Assembly (NCBI GenBank): GCA_963758915.1
Contig: CAVWXH010000001.1
Location: 1-62,558, forward strand
Source of the DNA: an uncultured Methanomicrobiales archaeon
GTDB taxonomy: Archaea; Halobacteriota; Methanomicrobia; Methanomicrobiales; Methanospirillaceae
Length of the DNA: 62,558 nt
Direction of reading: 5' to 3'
Positions within the stretch are counted from its first letter, which is position 1. Each line of letters begins with the position of its first letter. Below are positions 42,284 through 53,365 of the stretch, piece by piece. Made by a program: the position numbers and the translations under genes. Under the pieces are notes generated by a model that had not been told where the DNA came from, did no database searches, and was given only the letters and a program-made list of their open reading frames with translations.

Positions 42284-43408
42284 CTATATGCCGGCGAGGA
42301 ATTGCGGGACAAATATAACCGCGAAATAGATCATCATTGCTATGATTCCCACCGGGATTCCAATTTTTGCCCACTCCTTACTCGTAATCCCGATTTTTCC
42401 CGCAGAAATGATATTCGGGATATTTCCCGGTATCAGCATCCCCCCTGCAATTATAAGGCCCATGAGGGCACTTTTTATCTGGAGCTCTGAAAGGACAGGG
42501 TTAATCTCGGCAGCAGCGAGGGTTGCGTTGTCAAGCACCGCTGAGATCATGTTTACCCAGTATAACCCTGCAGAGGGAATCGGCACGACATACTGCACGA
42601 TAAGGGGCTTGAACCCTTCACCGAGAAAGATCAGGGCCACGATAAAGACATAGATCTTCACTGCACGGATTCCGACCTCTGCCAGCGAGTCCCGCCTGAG
42701 CTCGCATGCCAGTGATTCATCCGATAATCCGCTCCGGTGATAGATGACCATTCCCACGATACCAAGGGCAATAATCCCCGGGATAATATAGAGGCCAAGG
42801 AGGTTAAACAGGAAATCAAACCCTGCGTAATACGGGGGACCGGAGAGCCGTGAGGTGGCAATGGTTGAAAGTGGTTCACCTAGGGGCGTCAGTGCAGCAC
42901 CAAGCCCGATCGAGAAACAGGCGACCACCGTGACACTGATCTTATCCCCCCTTTTGACGGGAAGGGCACAGACCATCTCAACAAGCACCAGTGCTGCGAG
43001 GATGGCGGATATCAGGCTGGAGACAAGTCCGAGTATTACAATGATTAAAAAAATAAACACCGGGATCGAGGTGTGGGCGACAGTCCAGATAATTGCCTTG
43101 TGGACAGCATTGAAACAAAAATACAAAAAAAGCCCGAAAATCAGGACAATCTGGACGATACCCACCGGCACCCCAAAGACCGTCGTGATAACAAGCGGTG
43201 CTGTAAGGGCTTCGATCACCACTTCCGTGGTCCAGCCAAATGTATATCCTTCGATTGTTGCAAAACCGGAGATGGTAAGGGCAAGTATTCCGCAGCCGAG
43301 GAGAAATACCTCGAGGTTCTGCTCAACCTGCCGGAACCGGAACGGGCAGATCAATACTGCCAGGAATACGGCAAACAACCCGATATCGACGAGTATCGCG
43401 CTGTCCAT
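42284..43408 (-). CDS. DUF1646 family membrane protein (putative cation transporter)
   Basis: VEQNLEVFL, GLGAALTPLGEPLSTI, SAVLDNATLAAAE, GGMLIPGNIPNII. Confidence 0.9.
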   Translation of the reverse strand: MDSAILVDIGLFAVFLAVLICPFRFRQVEQNLEVFLLGCGILALTISGFATIEGYTFGWTTEVVIEALTAPLVITTVFGVPVGIVQIVLIFGLFLYFCFNAVHKAIIWTVAHTSIPVFIFLIIVILGLVSSLISAILAALVLVEMVCALPVKRGDKISVTVVACFSIGLGAALTPLGEPLSTIATSRLSGPPYYAGFDFLFNLLGLYIIPGIIALGIVGMVIYHRSGLSDESLACELRRDSLAEVGIRAVKIYVFIVALIFLGEGFKPLIVQYVVPIPSAGLYWVNMISAVLDNATLAAAEINPVLSELQIKSALMGLIIAGGMLIPGNIPNIISAGKIGITSKEWAKIGIPVGIIAMMIYFAVIFVPQFLAGI

Positions 43409-43878
43409 TTATTAATAACCACCTCACAAGCCCGATAAATTTTATTGTACATTTGTCTCCATGTACATTATGGGCTAGCATGTGCCTCCCGTCCGACTAT
43501 CCAGCGGGCTTTGAAAAAACCGGTACGCAGGGTTCTATGTATCTGCGGTTTAGGACCGGGCAGAAATTCGTGTACAGGTTTCACATGTTCGTGCAATTTG
43601 TTTTCCAGGGCTCGATCATAAGTGACGACACCAAATCCCTTTCCGTTTCCTGTGCAGGATGATCCACATAAGAATCCCGTGGTACTAATGAATGAAAACA
43701 GACCTGATTCGCATCTGTGGGATCGGCATATAAAATGAAAGGTAAGGTGACTTTTTTAAATTGGCTGGTACGAAAAACTCCGGCAAAACAATCTGAAAGG
43801 CCACCTTCATCATCCTCATCTATGAGCCAGAGGCTCATAGCACGCTCTGTAGAATCCCTTCGTATAAAAAAAGAGGTG

Positions 43879-44080
43879 GACGCAAGGGGGTTTCACCCCC
43901 TCCCTGCCTCACCCCCATTAAGGTATTCTTCGGGCAGGGTTTCCCGAAGACTCATTGAATTCAGAGTATTTTGGGATCGTCTCTATCCCAAACGGGGTCG
44001 CCGGAGCGGCGGGCCATGAGCCCCGGGGAACGTGACTCTAATTTTGGAATTACCTAATCTGCAAGAGAAGTCTGAGAGGT
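43879..44080 (+). repeat. Dispersed structured intergenic repeat, copy 5
   Basis: Close to copy 3: gggggtttcaccccctccctgcc...ttcgggcagggtttcccgaa...ctctatccca...gccatgagccccggggaacgtga...ttttggaattacc. Confidence 0.92.
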
Positions 44081-44189
44081 TTTTTACAGTTCATATGAAA
44101 TCCGTTGTTGTCACAAGAGAGGTATTTTTAACCCGGGCAGTCCTGGTTTTACTAGGTGTCCATGGTCTTTAATCCGCCCGGATACAGAA

Positions 44190-45104
44190 TTGATAAACTG
44201 GTTTCGTGAGAGGTTTCTCGCAGACCCGGCAACAAGGGAAACAGGAGTGATGGGTATAATTCACAGGGTCTGGAGGGAAATCCGGAACAGGACACACTCC
44301 TATTCAAACGTGGATGACCTCCGGAAGGAGAAGGACATCACGGGACTGATCAAGGCCCTCGGGCATACAGACCTGGATGTCCAGTACCTGGCAGTTGAGG
44401 CACTCGGGGACTTACAGGATCCCACTGCAATTCATCCCCTTGTAACGATGCTCTCGGAAGACCAGTACAGTGCACTCCGGTGGAAATCTGCTGAAGCCCT
44501 TGTAAAAATCGGGAAAGATTCAGTTGAGCCGCTCATCGTCCTGCTTGGTCATCCGGACGGGGACGTCCGGTGGAAGGCTGCAATTGCACTCGGGGAGATC
44601 GGGGATGTCCGTGCCATTGATCCACTCATTGGTCTTCTCCGTGACCAGGACCGCTATGTCAAGGGGAGGGTGGCCGTCGCGCTCGGGATGATCGGACCTC
44701 CGGCAGTTTCTCCATTAATCAGGGCGCTCGGGGAGGGTGACGGGAGCCTCCGCTGGGGTGCGGCAATTGCGCTCGGGCGGATCCGTGATCCCCGGGCGGT
44801 TGCACCGCTGGTGCAGGCGCTTGGTGACAAGTATGAAAATGTGCGCTCCGAGGCACTGGCATCGCTGAAAGCAATGGAAAACGGGAATATCGACCTGTTT
44901 ATCCAGCTGTTAAACGAAGTAGGGAATGAGGCCCTGAAGGACTATATTGCACAGGCTCCTGAAGGTGAGGGACCCGACAGTCCCGTATTCACAGACTTTT
45001 TGCTCTCTATTGACCCTGATTTGAGAAAGAGGCTTACTATTGCCCTCATTGGTCTCGGTGACCCTGACCTCGGACCATTGATCCATGACCTTTCCGGTCA
45101 ATGA
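44190..45104 (+). CDS. HEAT repeat (PBS lyase-like) protein
   Basis: Repeated VRWKAAIALGEIGD.RA..PL units. Confidence 0.9.
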   Translation: MINWFRERFLADPATRETGVMGIIHRVWREIRNRTHSYSNVDDLRKEKDITGLIKALGHTDLDVQYLAVEALGDLQDPTAIHPLVTMLSEDQYSALRWKSAEALVKIGKDSVEPLIVLLGHPDGDVRWKAAIALGEIGDVRAIDPLIGLLRDQDRYVKGRVAVALGMIGPPAVSPLIRALGEGDGSLRWGAAIALGRIRDPRAVAPLVQALGDKYENVRSEALASLKAMENGNIDLFIQLLNEVGNEALKDYIAQAPEGEGPDSPVFTDFLLSIDPDLRKRLTIALIGLGDPDLGPLIHDLSGQ

Positions 45105-45204
45105 CTGAAAAGGCAGGACCGTTATTTTTTCTTTCGTTCGGGGTGTTTTTTTAGGCTTCTGAAGCTCAACATGTAAAAAATAATTAATTATATGTCCTGC
45201 GACA

Positions 45205-45958
45205 ATGATTCAATTCACTGTGTACGGTACCTATGATTACTCATGCCACATCAGGGAGGAGGAGATCTCGATCGATGTCGAACGTTCCTCCCGCTATCTC
45301 ACCTACAAAAGAGTGTGCAGGGGTGAATCAGCGGAACGGACAATCGCCTCTGAAAAAGGGTCAATCATCATAAACCCCGTGGAACCACTGAGCCTTCCGA
45401 AGGAAGTGACACGGTACCTTGAGGTGCATTTTAACCCTGTATTTATCGAACCGGAGACAACGCTCCAGTTGTATCTTACGTTCCCGGTAGAGATCGGGGT
45501 ATTCATCCGGGCCAAGGAAGATAACGATCTTCTCGATGTTTTCTCGCCTGTATCAGCCTAAATACTCCCTATATGGTCCTCCCGATTACGGTCGTGTGAC
45601 CCGCTGGCACGAGAGTCCAATCTACCCCGGTCTCCCAAAAACTGATCCGCTCCGGGAAGGGGTGCTTGACCTTACCCTCATCAACAAGGGCAAGACATGG
45701 ATCGAGGTATCAAGAGCCGTCTTTGTCAATACCGGGATGACTATCTGGTACGGGGATTATGTCCTCATGTCGGCAAGAATGGAGCTATATTCGAACATGG
45801 TCGCGGAAACAAAGATTCTTTCCACACCCGGAAAAAACGGCATGACCCGGTCAATCTCCGCATATTCTGCAAGGAAAGTACCTGTTGTTGAGGTAGTGCC
45901 TGAAAAAGTGGAATTCCTGATGGAATTCGGGCTTGGTGACAAGATTGCAGACAACTAA
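45205..45958 (+). CDS. DUF432 family protein, split by a frameshift near 45550
   Basis: INPVEPLSLPK, TFPVEIGVF, then KYSLYGPP..G, DPLREG; sits upstream of mscS. Confidence 0.75.
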
Positions 45959-46799
45959 CAGTACCCTCGATATTGCCGCCATAGTAGCGAATGTAAAGGC
46001 GTATGATATCATCGCAATCGCTGTCATCCTGATCATTGCGGTAATAATTGCAAAAATTGTCACAACTTTTCTGAAAAAAAAGTTATCTGACCGGATGGAG
46101 AAATCCGACCTGAAAGTGGTGAATTCGATCGTATGGTGGTCGATCATCCTGATAGGTATTTTTTTCGCATCACCCCATTTCAAGATCGACCTGTCAGGTC
46201 TCCTTGTTGCAGGAGGAATATTAGCTGTTATTATCGGGTTCGCGAGTCAGAGTGTCGTGTCTAATTTCGTATCAGGGATCTTTCTGATCATCGAACGACC
46301 GATGAAAATTGGCGATAATATTAATATCGGGGATGTTACCGGGAACGTTGAGCATATCCAGATCCTCTCAACGATTGTACGGACTTTTGAAGGGATTTAT
46401 GTCAGGGTGCCGAACGAGAAAGTATTCACTTCCAATATCAAGAATTATGTTTCGAATGTGGCCAGAAGGTTTGATTACAAAATTGGAATCAGCTATCGTG
46501 ACGATGCTGACCGTGCTATCATGATCATAAGGGATATAATCGAACATGAGCCGTTCGCCCTTAAAAACCCGGAACCGCTGGTGTTCGTCGACAAGCTCGG
46601 GGATAGTTCGGTTGACCTTCTGATCAGGATATGGGCCCCTTCAAAGGAATGGTACGACCTGAAAATATCATTGCTGGTAAAAATCAAAACAACGCTTGAA
46701 GCAAACGGGATCGATATCCCCTACCCTCAACAGGTGGTCTGGGTGCAACAGGCACAGTCTGCTGAAAGAGGCAGGGGTCATGAAGAGAATGCCCGGTGA
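45933..46799 (+). CDS. mscS: Small-conductance mechanosensitive channel
   Basis: GFASQSVVSNFVSGIFLIIERPMKIGD, VPNEKVF, LGDSSV, GIDIPYPQ. Confidence 0.95.
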   Translation: MVTRLQTTNSTLDIAAIVANVKAYDIIAIAVILIIAVIIAKIVTTFLKKKLSDRMEKSDLKVVNSIVWWSIILIGIFFASPHFKIDLSGLLVAGGILAVIIGFASQSVVSNFVSGIFLIIERPMKIGDNINIGDVTGNVEHIQILSTIVRTFEGIYVRVPNEKVFTSNIKNYVSNVARRFDYKIGISYRDDADRAIMIIRDIIEHEPFALKNPEPLVFVDKLGDSSVDLLIRIWAPSKEWYDLKISLLVKIKTTLEANGIDIPYPQQVVWVQQAQSAERGRGHEENAR

Positions 46800-46857
46800 A
46801 AAAAGTTACCCGTAACTATGTGCGAGTTCCATTTCGGGTGAAAAGGAAGGAAAATCC

Positions 46858-47406
46858 ATGGATAATGAAGGAAAAGGAACTACAGAAACCGGGAAGCTGA
46901 TCGATGACTTCAACAGCCCGGATATTACCGTACGGCGGGCTGCAGTCCGGCGTCTCGGGGCAGCGGGTGAACAATCAGTACCTCCGCTTATCCGCTCGAT
47001 GCATGAAAACAATGACCCTGACTTCCGCTGGTACGCTGCAAGTGCCCTTGTGCTGACCGGCGAAACCGCCATAGAACCCCTGATCCTTGCCATGGAGGAC
47101 GACACCTCCCCTGAGTTCCGGAAGTATGCAGCTGCAGCACTCGGGCAGATCGGTGAGCCCGCGGTTGACCCTCTTATTGAAGCCTTTTCACGCGGTGATA
47201 AGGGGATGAGGGAATTTATCGCGCTTGCCTTGTGCAGGATCGGGGAGCCTGCCATCCAGCCCCTCCGGCAGCTGCTGCATAATAATGATGCAGAAATGCG
47301 TACCTGTGCAGAACTTGTCCTCTGGAAGATGGGCGAACCGGGTGTCCACGCAATGGTCACCGAGTATGACCCCGCTGATGCGGGAAAGGACAGTCAGGAA
47401 ACCTGA
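46858..47406 (+). CDS. HEAT repeat protein
   Basis: Repeated FRKYAAAALGQIGEPAV.PL units. Confidence 0.88.
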   Translation: MDNEGKGTTETGKLIDDFNSPDITVRRAAVRRLGAAGEQSVPPLIRSMHENNDPDFRWYAASALVLTGETAIEPLILAMEDDTSPEFRKYAAAALGQIGEPAVDPLIEAFSRGDKGMREFIALALCRIGEPAIQPLRQLLHNNDAEMRTCAELVLWKMGEPGVHAMVTEYDPADAGKDSQET

Positions 47407-47648
47407 TCCTCCTTGATTACTCCATATCCACCATGATGCTGTTTGAGCCTGGTGAGAAACGTGCAGGCAGGACTGCTTGAACCCTATGCATTACCCCTGA
47501 TCCAATTGTTAACTGTTATCAGGTCCGGCAATGTTCCGGTGTTGATAAACCGGGATACAATCCCTCCTGGTATTTTTCCAGTGCCTTTGTTCTGGTCGCC
47601 GCAGGTGATAACCCAAGAGATAAATCCCACCCTGTTCATGAAATTGGT

Positions 47649-50600
47649 ATGCTGCAGGTCTCACCGCTGATGGAACAATACCTTGCGGTGCTTCAGAATG
47701 GCCTTGAAGAGGCGATGGCGGTTGCACGTGCGGCGCGGGCACAGGGGCTTGACCCGAAGACCGTCCCTGAGATCCCGGTGGCAAATGACCTTGCGGACCG
47801 TGTTGAAGCGCTCCTGAATATCAGGGGGGTCGCGGCGCGTATCCGTGAACTGGAGGCCACGATGTCAAGGGAAGAGGTGGCGCTCCGGATCGGTGACGAT
47901 TTCGTCGCCTGCAAATTCGGGGAGACCGGCCCCCTGGAAGTCCTAGACCATGCAATCCGCACCGCAATGGCGCTCCTTACCGAAGGTGTGGTTGCAGCCC
48001 CAACGGAAGGGATTGCCAAAATTGGCCTGGGTAAAAACGATGACGGCACGGAATACTTAAAAATCTACTATGCGGGCCCGATCAGGAGTGCGGGGGGTAC
48101 TGCACAGGCACTATCAGTCCTCGTCGGGGACTATGTGCGGAGAGCGCTCGGTATTAACCGGTATATCCCGAGACAGGAGGAGATTGAGCGGTACATCGAG
48201 GAGATCCGCCAGTATAACACTATCATGAACCTCCAGTACCTCCCGAGCGAGAAGGAGATACGGCTTATTGTCAGCAACTGCCCGGTCTGTATCGATGGAG
48301 AAGGTACTGAACGGGAAGACGTATCGGGGTACCGGAACCTTGCCCGTGTTGAGACGAATACCGTCCGGGGCGGGATGGCGCTCGTGCTTGCGGAAGGTCT
48401 TGCATTAAAAGCACCAAAAGTCCAGAAAAACGTCAAAAAAATGAAAATGGACGGATGGAACTGGCTCGACGAACTGATTAGCGGTACGACGAAAAGTGAG
48501 GCAGAAGAGACCGGCCAGTCCGGTGTTAAGCCAAAAGACAAGTATTTGCGGGACCTTATTGCCGGAAGGCCCGTTTTCGCCTACCCTATGCGGAAAGGCG
48601 GGTTCCGTTTGCGCCTCGGGAGGTCCAGGAACACGGGTTTTGCCGCAGCCGGGCTCCACCCCGCCACGATGCATATCCTTGGGGACTTCCTGGCGGTCGG
48701 CACGCAGATGAAGACCGAACGCCCTGGAAAAGCGGCAGGGATTGTGCCGGTTGATTCAATTGAAGGCCCGACGGTCAGGTTAAAGGACGGGTCCGTGCTC
48801 AGGGTCGATGACAGTGACCTTGCCCGGGAGATCATGCCGAAAATCGATAAGATACTCGATGTAGGCGAGATCCTGATCAGTTACGGGGAATTCCTCGAGA
48901 ACAACCACCTGCTGGTCCCGGCGGCCTACTGTGAAGAGTGGTGGCTGCAGGAAGGTGGGAAAACCAGGCCTGAAAATGAGGCGGAAGCGATATCGATGGC
49001 GCGTTCCGGTACCTGCCTTCACCCCGCCTACATGTATTTCTGGGACGACCTCACCTGTCTGCAGGTAAAGACGCTTGCCGATTTCATTGCAGAGCATGGA
49101 TCGGTCGGGGAGACCGGCCTTGTGATCCCGAATGAGTTCATCTGTAAAGGTGTCCTCGAAGAGGCACTCATCCCGCATACCGTTCGTGACGGCCGGATCG
49201 TAATCAGGGACTATATTGTGCCCCTCGCGTGTCTTGGCCTTGGCAGTGACCTTACCCGTAACAGGGAGTGGGAGAATGCACCGATGGAAAATTCCCTCGC
49301 TCTTGTTACCCACCTGTCCGGTTTTACCATGAGGTCCAAGGCCGGGACCCGTATTGGTGGCAGGATGGGAAGGCCCGGCAAATCAGCCCCACGGAAAATG
49401 GACCCGGCAGTCCATGTGTTGTTCCCGCTTGGTGAAGCAGGCGGGACCCGGAGGTCATTCCAGCAGGCTTCCACCCATACCCTGGTCGCCAACAAGGACG
49501 GGGGTATCATTATTGTCGAGGCTGGCAGCCGCCGGTGTCCTGCGTGTAAGACCATGACCTACAAAAACCGGTGTCATTGTGGCGAACATACAAAACCCGT
49601 GTTTAAGTGCCAAAAATGCAGTCATGAGGGTGAGGAAGCCGAATGCCCTGCGTGTCACGTGGATATGTCCTGCTCGTCCACCTGTACCATTAATGTAAAA
49701 GAGGAGTACGCACTGGCGATAGCGCGTCTTGGTATCCGGGAGGACCAGGTGCAGCTGGTAAAGGGTGTCAAGGGTATGATCTCCCGTGAGAAGGCCATCG
49801 AGATGATTGATAAGGGGATAATCCGGGCACAGCATGACCTCTTTGTTTTCAAGGACGGGACGGTCAGGTACGACATGATCGACCTCCCGCTTACCCACTT
49901 CAGGCCCGACGAGGTGGGAATCACCGTTCCGCAGGCGATCAGACTCGGGTATGAACGTGACCTTTTTGGGACTCCTCTGGTTGAACGTTCCCAGGTGATT
50001 GAACTCCACCCCCAGGACATCCTGGTATCCGAGATCTGCGCCGATTACCTGGTTAAAATTACCCGGTTCATCGATATGATGCTGGTAAAATGTTATAACC
50101 TGCCGCCTTTTTACAACGTCAGGACGAAATCCGATCTTCTCGGGCACCTCGTAATGGGGCTTGCCCCGCACACGAGTGCCGGGGTACTTGCACGGCTTGT
50201 CGGGTTCACAAAGGCGAATGTCGGCTACGCTCACCCGTTTTTCCATGCTGCAAAGCGAAGGAACTGTTTCCATGGGGATACGGTGATCGATGTATATGAC
50301 GGGCGGTTATGGAAGAGTGTACCGGTACGCCAGTTCGTGATCGAGAATTTCGATATCAGCCAGCCAGGCCTTGACCGTCTCGGGACCTATTACTCAGACC
50401 CGAAGTCCTGTTTCTACACGAGGTCTGTTGACACCAACGGGATCATGCACATCAGGAAGGTTACTTCGGTATCGGTCCACCGGGCCCCTGCGGCTCTCGT
50501 CAGGATCGAGACCCGCCGTGGCAAGGAAATTGCGGTGACCCCGGATCACGCCATGCTCGTCTGGGACCTCGGGTACCTCCGAAAATTAAAAGCAATGGAA

Positions 50601-51515
50601 ATAAAGGCCGGGGACCCGTTGCCGGTAATGGAGGGGATGAATATCATCACCGATTACGTCAGGAGTGCCGAGCCGGTCCCCTCTCCCGAAGAACGTGTCT
50701 ACTGCATTACGGTTGCGGATGACCACACGGTCCTTGCAAACGGAATATTCACCGGGCAGTGTGACGGGGACGAGGACTGTATTATGCTCCTCCTGGATGG
50801 CCTCATCAATTTCTCCCGGTCGTTTCTGCCCGAGACCCGCGGTGGTTCGATGGACGCCCCGCTTGTCCTGACGACCCGGATTGACCCGGCAGAAATCGAC
50901 AAGGAAAGCCTTAATATCGACGTTGGGGCGTCATACCCCCTTGAATTGTACAGGGCTGCACAACAGTACACACACCCGAAAGACGTGGAACACCTGGTCG
51001 ACCGGGTCGAACGCCGCCTCGGGACACCAGCCCAGGTGGAGGGATTTTTCTACACTCACGGCACGACCAATATCTCGGCCGGGCCTGCTGAGTCTACCTA
51101 TACGAGGCTCGAGTCGATGCTCGAAAAGCTTGATGCGGAGCTGAAACTGGCCGAGGAGATCAGGGCGGTTGACGCGGACGATGTTGCCGAACGGGTGCTG
51201 AACACGCATTTCATCCGTGACCTCCAGGGAAACCTCAACGCCTTTTCAAAGCAGAAATTCCGCTGTACAAAATGTAACCAGAGCCACCGCAGGATGCCCC
51301 TTGCGGGGAAATGTATCAAGTGCGGGGGTAATATAATCCCGACCGTCCACGAAGGGTCAGTAAAAAAATATCTCGTGATGTCGCAGGACATCTGCAAAAA
51401 ATACGCGGTATCAGAATATACCCGGCAGCGTGTGGAGGTGCTCATCATGTCGATAGAGTCCACGTTCGGGACTGAAAAAGACCAGCAGATGGGACTTGCC
51501 GATTTCATGTCGTGA
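47649..51515 (+). CDS. polC: DNA polymerase D large subunit (DP2), intein-containing
   Basis: [37 protein letters not shown]|...|[15 protein letters not shown]-terminal Zn finger and PIP-like QMGLADF. Confidence 0.98.
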   Translation: MLQVSPLMEQYLAVLQNGLEEAMAVARAARAQGLDPKTVPEIPVANDLADRVEALLNIRGVAARIRELEATMSREEVALRIGDDFVACKFGETGPLEVLDHAIRTAMALLTEGVVAAPTEGIAKIGLGKNDDGTEYLKIYYAGPIRSAGGTAQALSVLVGDYVRRALGINRYIPRQEEIERYIEEIRQYNTIMNLQYLPSEKEIRLIVSNCPVCIDGEGTEREDVSGYRNLARVETNTVRGGMALVLAEGLALKAPKVQKNVKKMKMDGWNWLDELISGTTKSEAEETGQSGVKPKDKYLRDLIAGRPVFAYPMRKGGFRLRLGRSRNTGFAAAGLHPATMHILGDFLAVGTQMKTERPGKAAGIVPVDSIEGPTVRLKDGSVLRVDDSDLAREIMPKIDKILDVGEILISYGEFLENNHLLVPAAYCEEWWLQEGGKTRPENEAEAISMARSGTCLHPAYMYFWDDLTCLQVKTLADFIAEHGSVGETGLVIPNEFICKGVLEEALIPHTVRDGRIVIRDYIVPLACLGLGSDLTRNREWENAPMENSLALVTHLSGFTMRSKAGTRIGGRMGRPGKSAPRKMDPAVHVLFPLGEAGGTRRSFQQASTHTLVANKDGGIIIVEAGSRRCPACKTMTYKNRCHCGEHTKPVFKCQKCSHEGEEAECPACHVDMSCSSTCTINVKEEYALAIARLGIREDQVQLVKGVKGMISREKAIEMIDKGIIRAQHDLFVFKDGTVRYDMIDLPLTHFRPDEVGITVPQAIRLGYERDLFGTPLVERSQVIELHPQDILVSEICADYLVKITRFIDMMLVKCYNLPPFYNVRTKSDLLGHLVMGLAPHTSAGVLARLVGFTKANVGYAHPFFHAAKRRNCFHGDTVIDVYDGRLWKSVPVRQFVIENFDISQPGLDRLGTYYSDPKSCFYTRSVDTNGIMHIRKVTSVSVHRAPAALVRIETRRGKEIAVTPDHAMLVWDLGYLRKLKAMEIKAGDPLPVMEGMNIITDYVRSAEPVPSPEERVYCITVADDHTVLANGIFTGQCDGDEDCIMLLLDGLINFSRSFLPETRGGSMDAPLVLTTRIDPAEIDKESLNIDVGASYPLELYRAAQQYTHPKDVEHLVDRVERRLGTPAQVEGFFYTHGTTNISAGPAESTYTRLESMLEKLDAELKLAEEIRAVDADDVAERVLNTHFIRDLQGNLNAFSKQKFRCTKCNQSHRRMPLAGKCIKCGGNIIPTVHEGSVKKYLVMSQDICKKYAVSEYTRQRVEVLIMSIESTFGTEKDQQMGLADFMS
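50265..50759 (+). mobile_element. 165-aa mini-intein in DP2 (C1 ... C-terminal Gln, +1 Cys)
   Basis: Interrupts the conserved KRRN-CDGDED; CFHGDT block A, VTPDH block [19 protein letters not shown] blocks F/G; no endonuclease domain. Confidence 0.95.
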
Positions 51516-51659
51516 AGAAACGTAACATAATCGTCTCTATTAGCAGCCCTGGTTTCAGGGGTATCCGGGTTTCGGGAAATCATCTCCAAACCCTGGACAG
51601 CCGCCATCAACCGGTGATCTGGATATATGCTGTAATTACTGCTTAAAAAAGGGTAGTGG

Positions 51660-51953
51660 TTAGACTTCGAGGTCAGCTTCTATCGGACCGACAAAACCGG
51701 CAGCGATGTTATAGACGAATGAATAGATCGCTCCAATGATGAATCCCCAAATGGTACCACCGATTATTGCGATTACGAGGATTGCAACCGCACCCAGTCC
51801 TGCCATAGGGATCAGTTCCTTGGCGATAACACCCATACCCCCTATTACGAGAGCCATTATGATTCCCCAAATCAGACCTAAAATTAAACCTAAAATCGCA
51901 CCAATCTTTGCGACACTCATGACGTTAAAACTTTTTACTTTGTAAATTGCCAT
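51660..51953 (-). CDS. Small membrane protein (DUF3566-like)
   Basis: VMSVAKI, two TM helices, FVYNIAAGFVGPIE. Confidence 0.75.
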   Translation of the reverse strand: MAIYKVKSFNVMSVAKIGAILGLILGLIWGIIMALVIGGMGVIAKELIPMAGLGAVAILVIAIIGGTIWGFIIGAIYSFVYNIAAGFVGPIEADLEV

Positions 51954-52180
51954 AGTTCTTTTCACCTTCTGGAATGATTATGATTATATTTACCTCACAT
52001 TTAAAGAGTAGTGCTGTTTTATCAACGACTGGAATCTACTGATCGCCTGTTTGCTGTATCAACTGGAATTAAAGCTCCAATTGTAATACGACCGTGATGC
52101 CATAATGGCATTTTATTGAAAATATAATACTCTTACGTATACATTGTAATTTCAAATGTCTCGACAATTTCCAATGAAAC

Positions 52181-52266
52181 TCCATACCTCAAAACCTTTT
52201 ACCAACTGCGTCCAATATGTTTTCGCGCGAGGGTATCTAAGTGGCCAACAGAGGCAGACTCAAGAT
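52181..52266 (+). repeat. Duplicate of the tRNA-Leu upstream region plus 5' half (to the anticodon loop)
   Basis: 52181-52266 aligns with 52292-52377 at offset 111; tRNA part GCGAGGGTATCTAAGTGGCCAACAGAGGCAGACTCAAGAT at 52227-52266, then unrelated sequence. Confidence 0.92.
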
Positions 52267-52337
52267 ATCCTTACCAAGTTTGGCATAATATTCCAGACCT
52301 CAAAATCTTTTACTTCCTGCGTCCAATATGTTTTCGC

Positions 52338-52420
52338 GCGAGGGTATCTAAGTGGTCAACAGAGGCGGACTCAAGATCTGTTCCAGCAGTGGTTCGCGGG
52401 TTCAACTCCCTCCCCTCGCA
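52338..52420 (+). tRNA. tRNA-Leu (CAA)
   Basis: Acceptor GCGAGGG/CCCTCGC + discriminator A, D-arm TCT/AGA, anticodon arm GCGGA-CTCAAGA-TCTGT, long variable arm, T-arm GCGGG-TTCAACT-CCCTC (one mismatch); CCA not encoded. Confidence 0.88.
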
Positions 52421-52708
52421 CTTTGAACGAAATAAGGCATATTAGAGACTTTTCTTCCATCTTACATTGTTAGCTGTTATGCTGATTTGGAAAGCACATC
52501 GCTTTTTAATGACGGGTGGGATGCTCCTCGGAGGGGTCGCTGACCCCCCGGCCGCACGGGCCGCTGCCCCGAGGTTGTACCGGAATTACCTTCGAAAAAA
52601 GGACCGGAACCCATAGAATCGGTCGCACCACTGCCGAAGCCAGCGGGTTTTGTCTCCGAGGTGCTTCCTGGTTCTTTGGTTGACGGGATACGTTTAATCG
52701 GGCATAAA

Positions 52709-53263
52709 GTTCGCTTCGTCCGTTTCCTCGCTCCTCTTCGTTCCGCTCCGGTCCTCCTCCGCTCACATCATGCCCTGATTTTTCAGACAGTACCGGGGTG
52801 ATACAGACGGCCAAGACTTCGTCGCAGTGCTCCTCGTCATCGCCTGTCCCATCGCGGGCAACCGGGTCTGAAGACCCCATTGCATTCGCGGTAAGCAGTA
52901 ACGCCCGCTTTCCGCTACCGCTTGCGGGCTACTTGTGGAGGCCGAGGCCCGGCTGATGCCGTGCCACCTGCGACGGCCTGACCAAAACATGATAGGGTTG
53001 GGGGGGAGCACAGGACCCAGCGACGAGGCACCCGGTTACCGAGCGGAGCGAGGTCGTGGTGCCGAGGAGCGACATCGCTTTGATTCCTGGAATACTCCCC
53101 CCGGTCCGGCCAACAACAACCAGCGACGAAGACACCCGATAACGGCCGGCCAGGACGTCGCGGTGTCGAGGAGCGGCAGAGATCCCGGGCAACATACCCG
53201 CAGGGAAGGCCCTCGGAGACGGCCGGAGGCCGGCAGTGGGCCTTCCCGAAGGGCCACCGCAGG
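52709..53263. repeat. Left arm of a long degenerate inverted repeat (non-coding, hairpin-rich)
   Basis: 52709-52856 matches the reverse complement of 55991-56134; further co-linear blocks 53004-53013/55751-55760 and 53179-53205/55565-55592. Confidence 0.85.
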
Positions 53264-53365
53264 TTTTATATTACACCAATATACGCTGCGATATGATGCG
53301 ATTCACTTTCACACCACGCATGGCGATGCCTTATAACTTCTCACGCTAACAGTATATGTGGTGAA

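Noticed and set aside
43717-44019. ORFs over the intergenic repeats (also 28647-28925 and 35080-35268)
   Set aside because: The reading frame is not shared among repeat copies
23707-44080. CRISPR array
   Set aside because: Repeats are ~160 bp, dispersed and diverged, with no repeat-spacer periodicity and no cas genes
29073-45958. Programmed frameshifting or pseudogenisation of the acyl-CoA synthetase, ubiD and DUF432 genes
   Set aside because: Single-base shifts occur throughout the window, including in a probably essential gene and without clear slippery sites; sequencing indels are the simpler explanation (needs read check)
52227-52266. Split (trans-spliced) tRNA half
   Set aside because: No complementary leader/trailer or bulge-helix-bulge partner is evident, and a complete tRNA lies 111 bp downstream
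52156-52473. 105-aa ORF with an internal repeat
   Set aside because: It is a translation of the duplicated tRNA-Leu region
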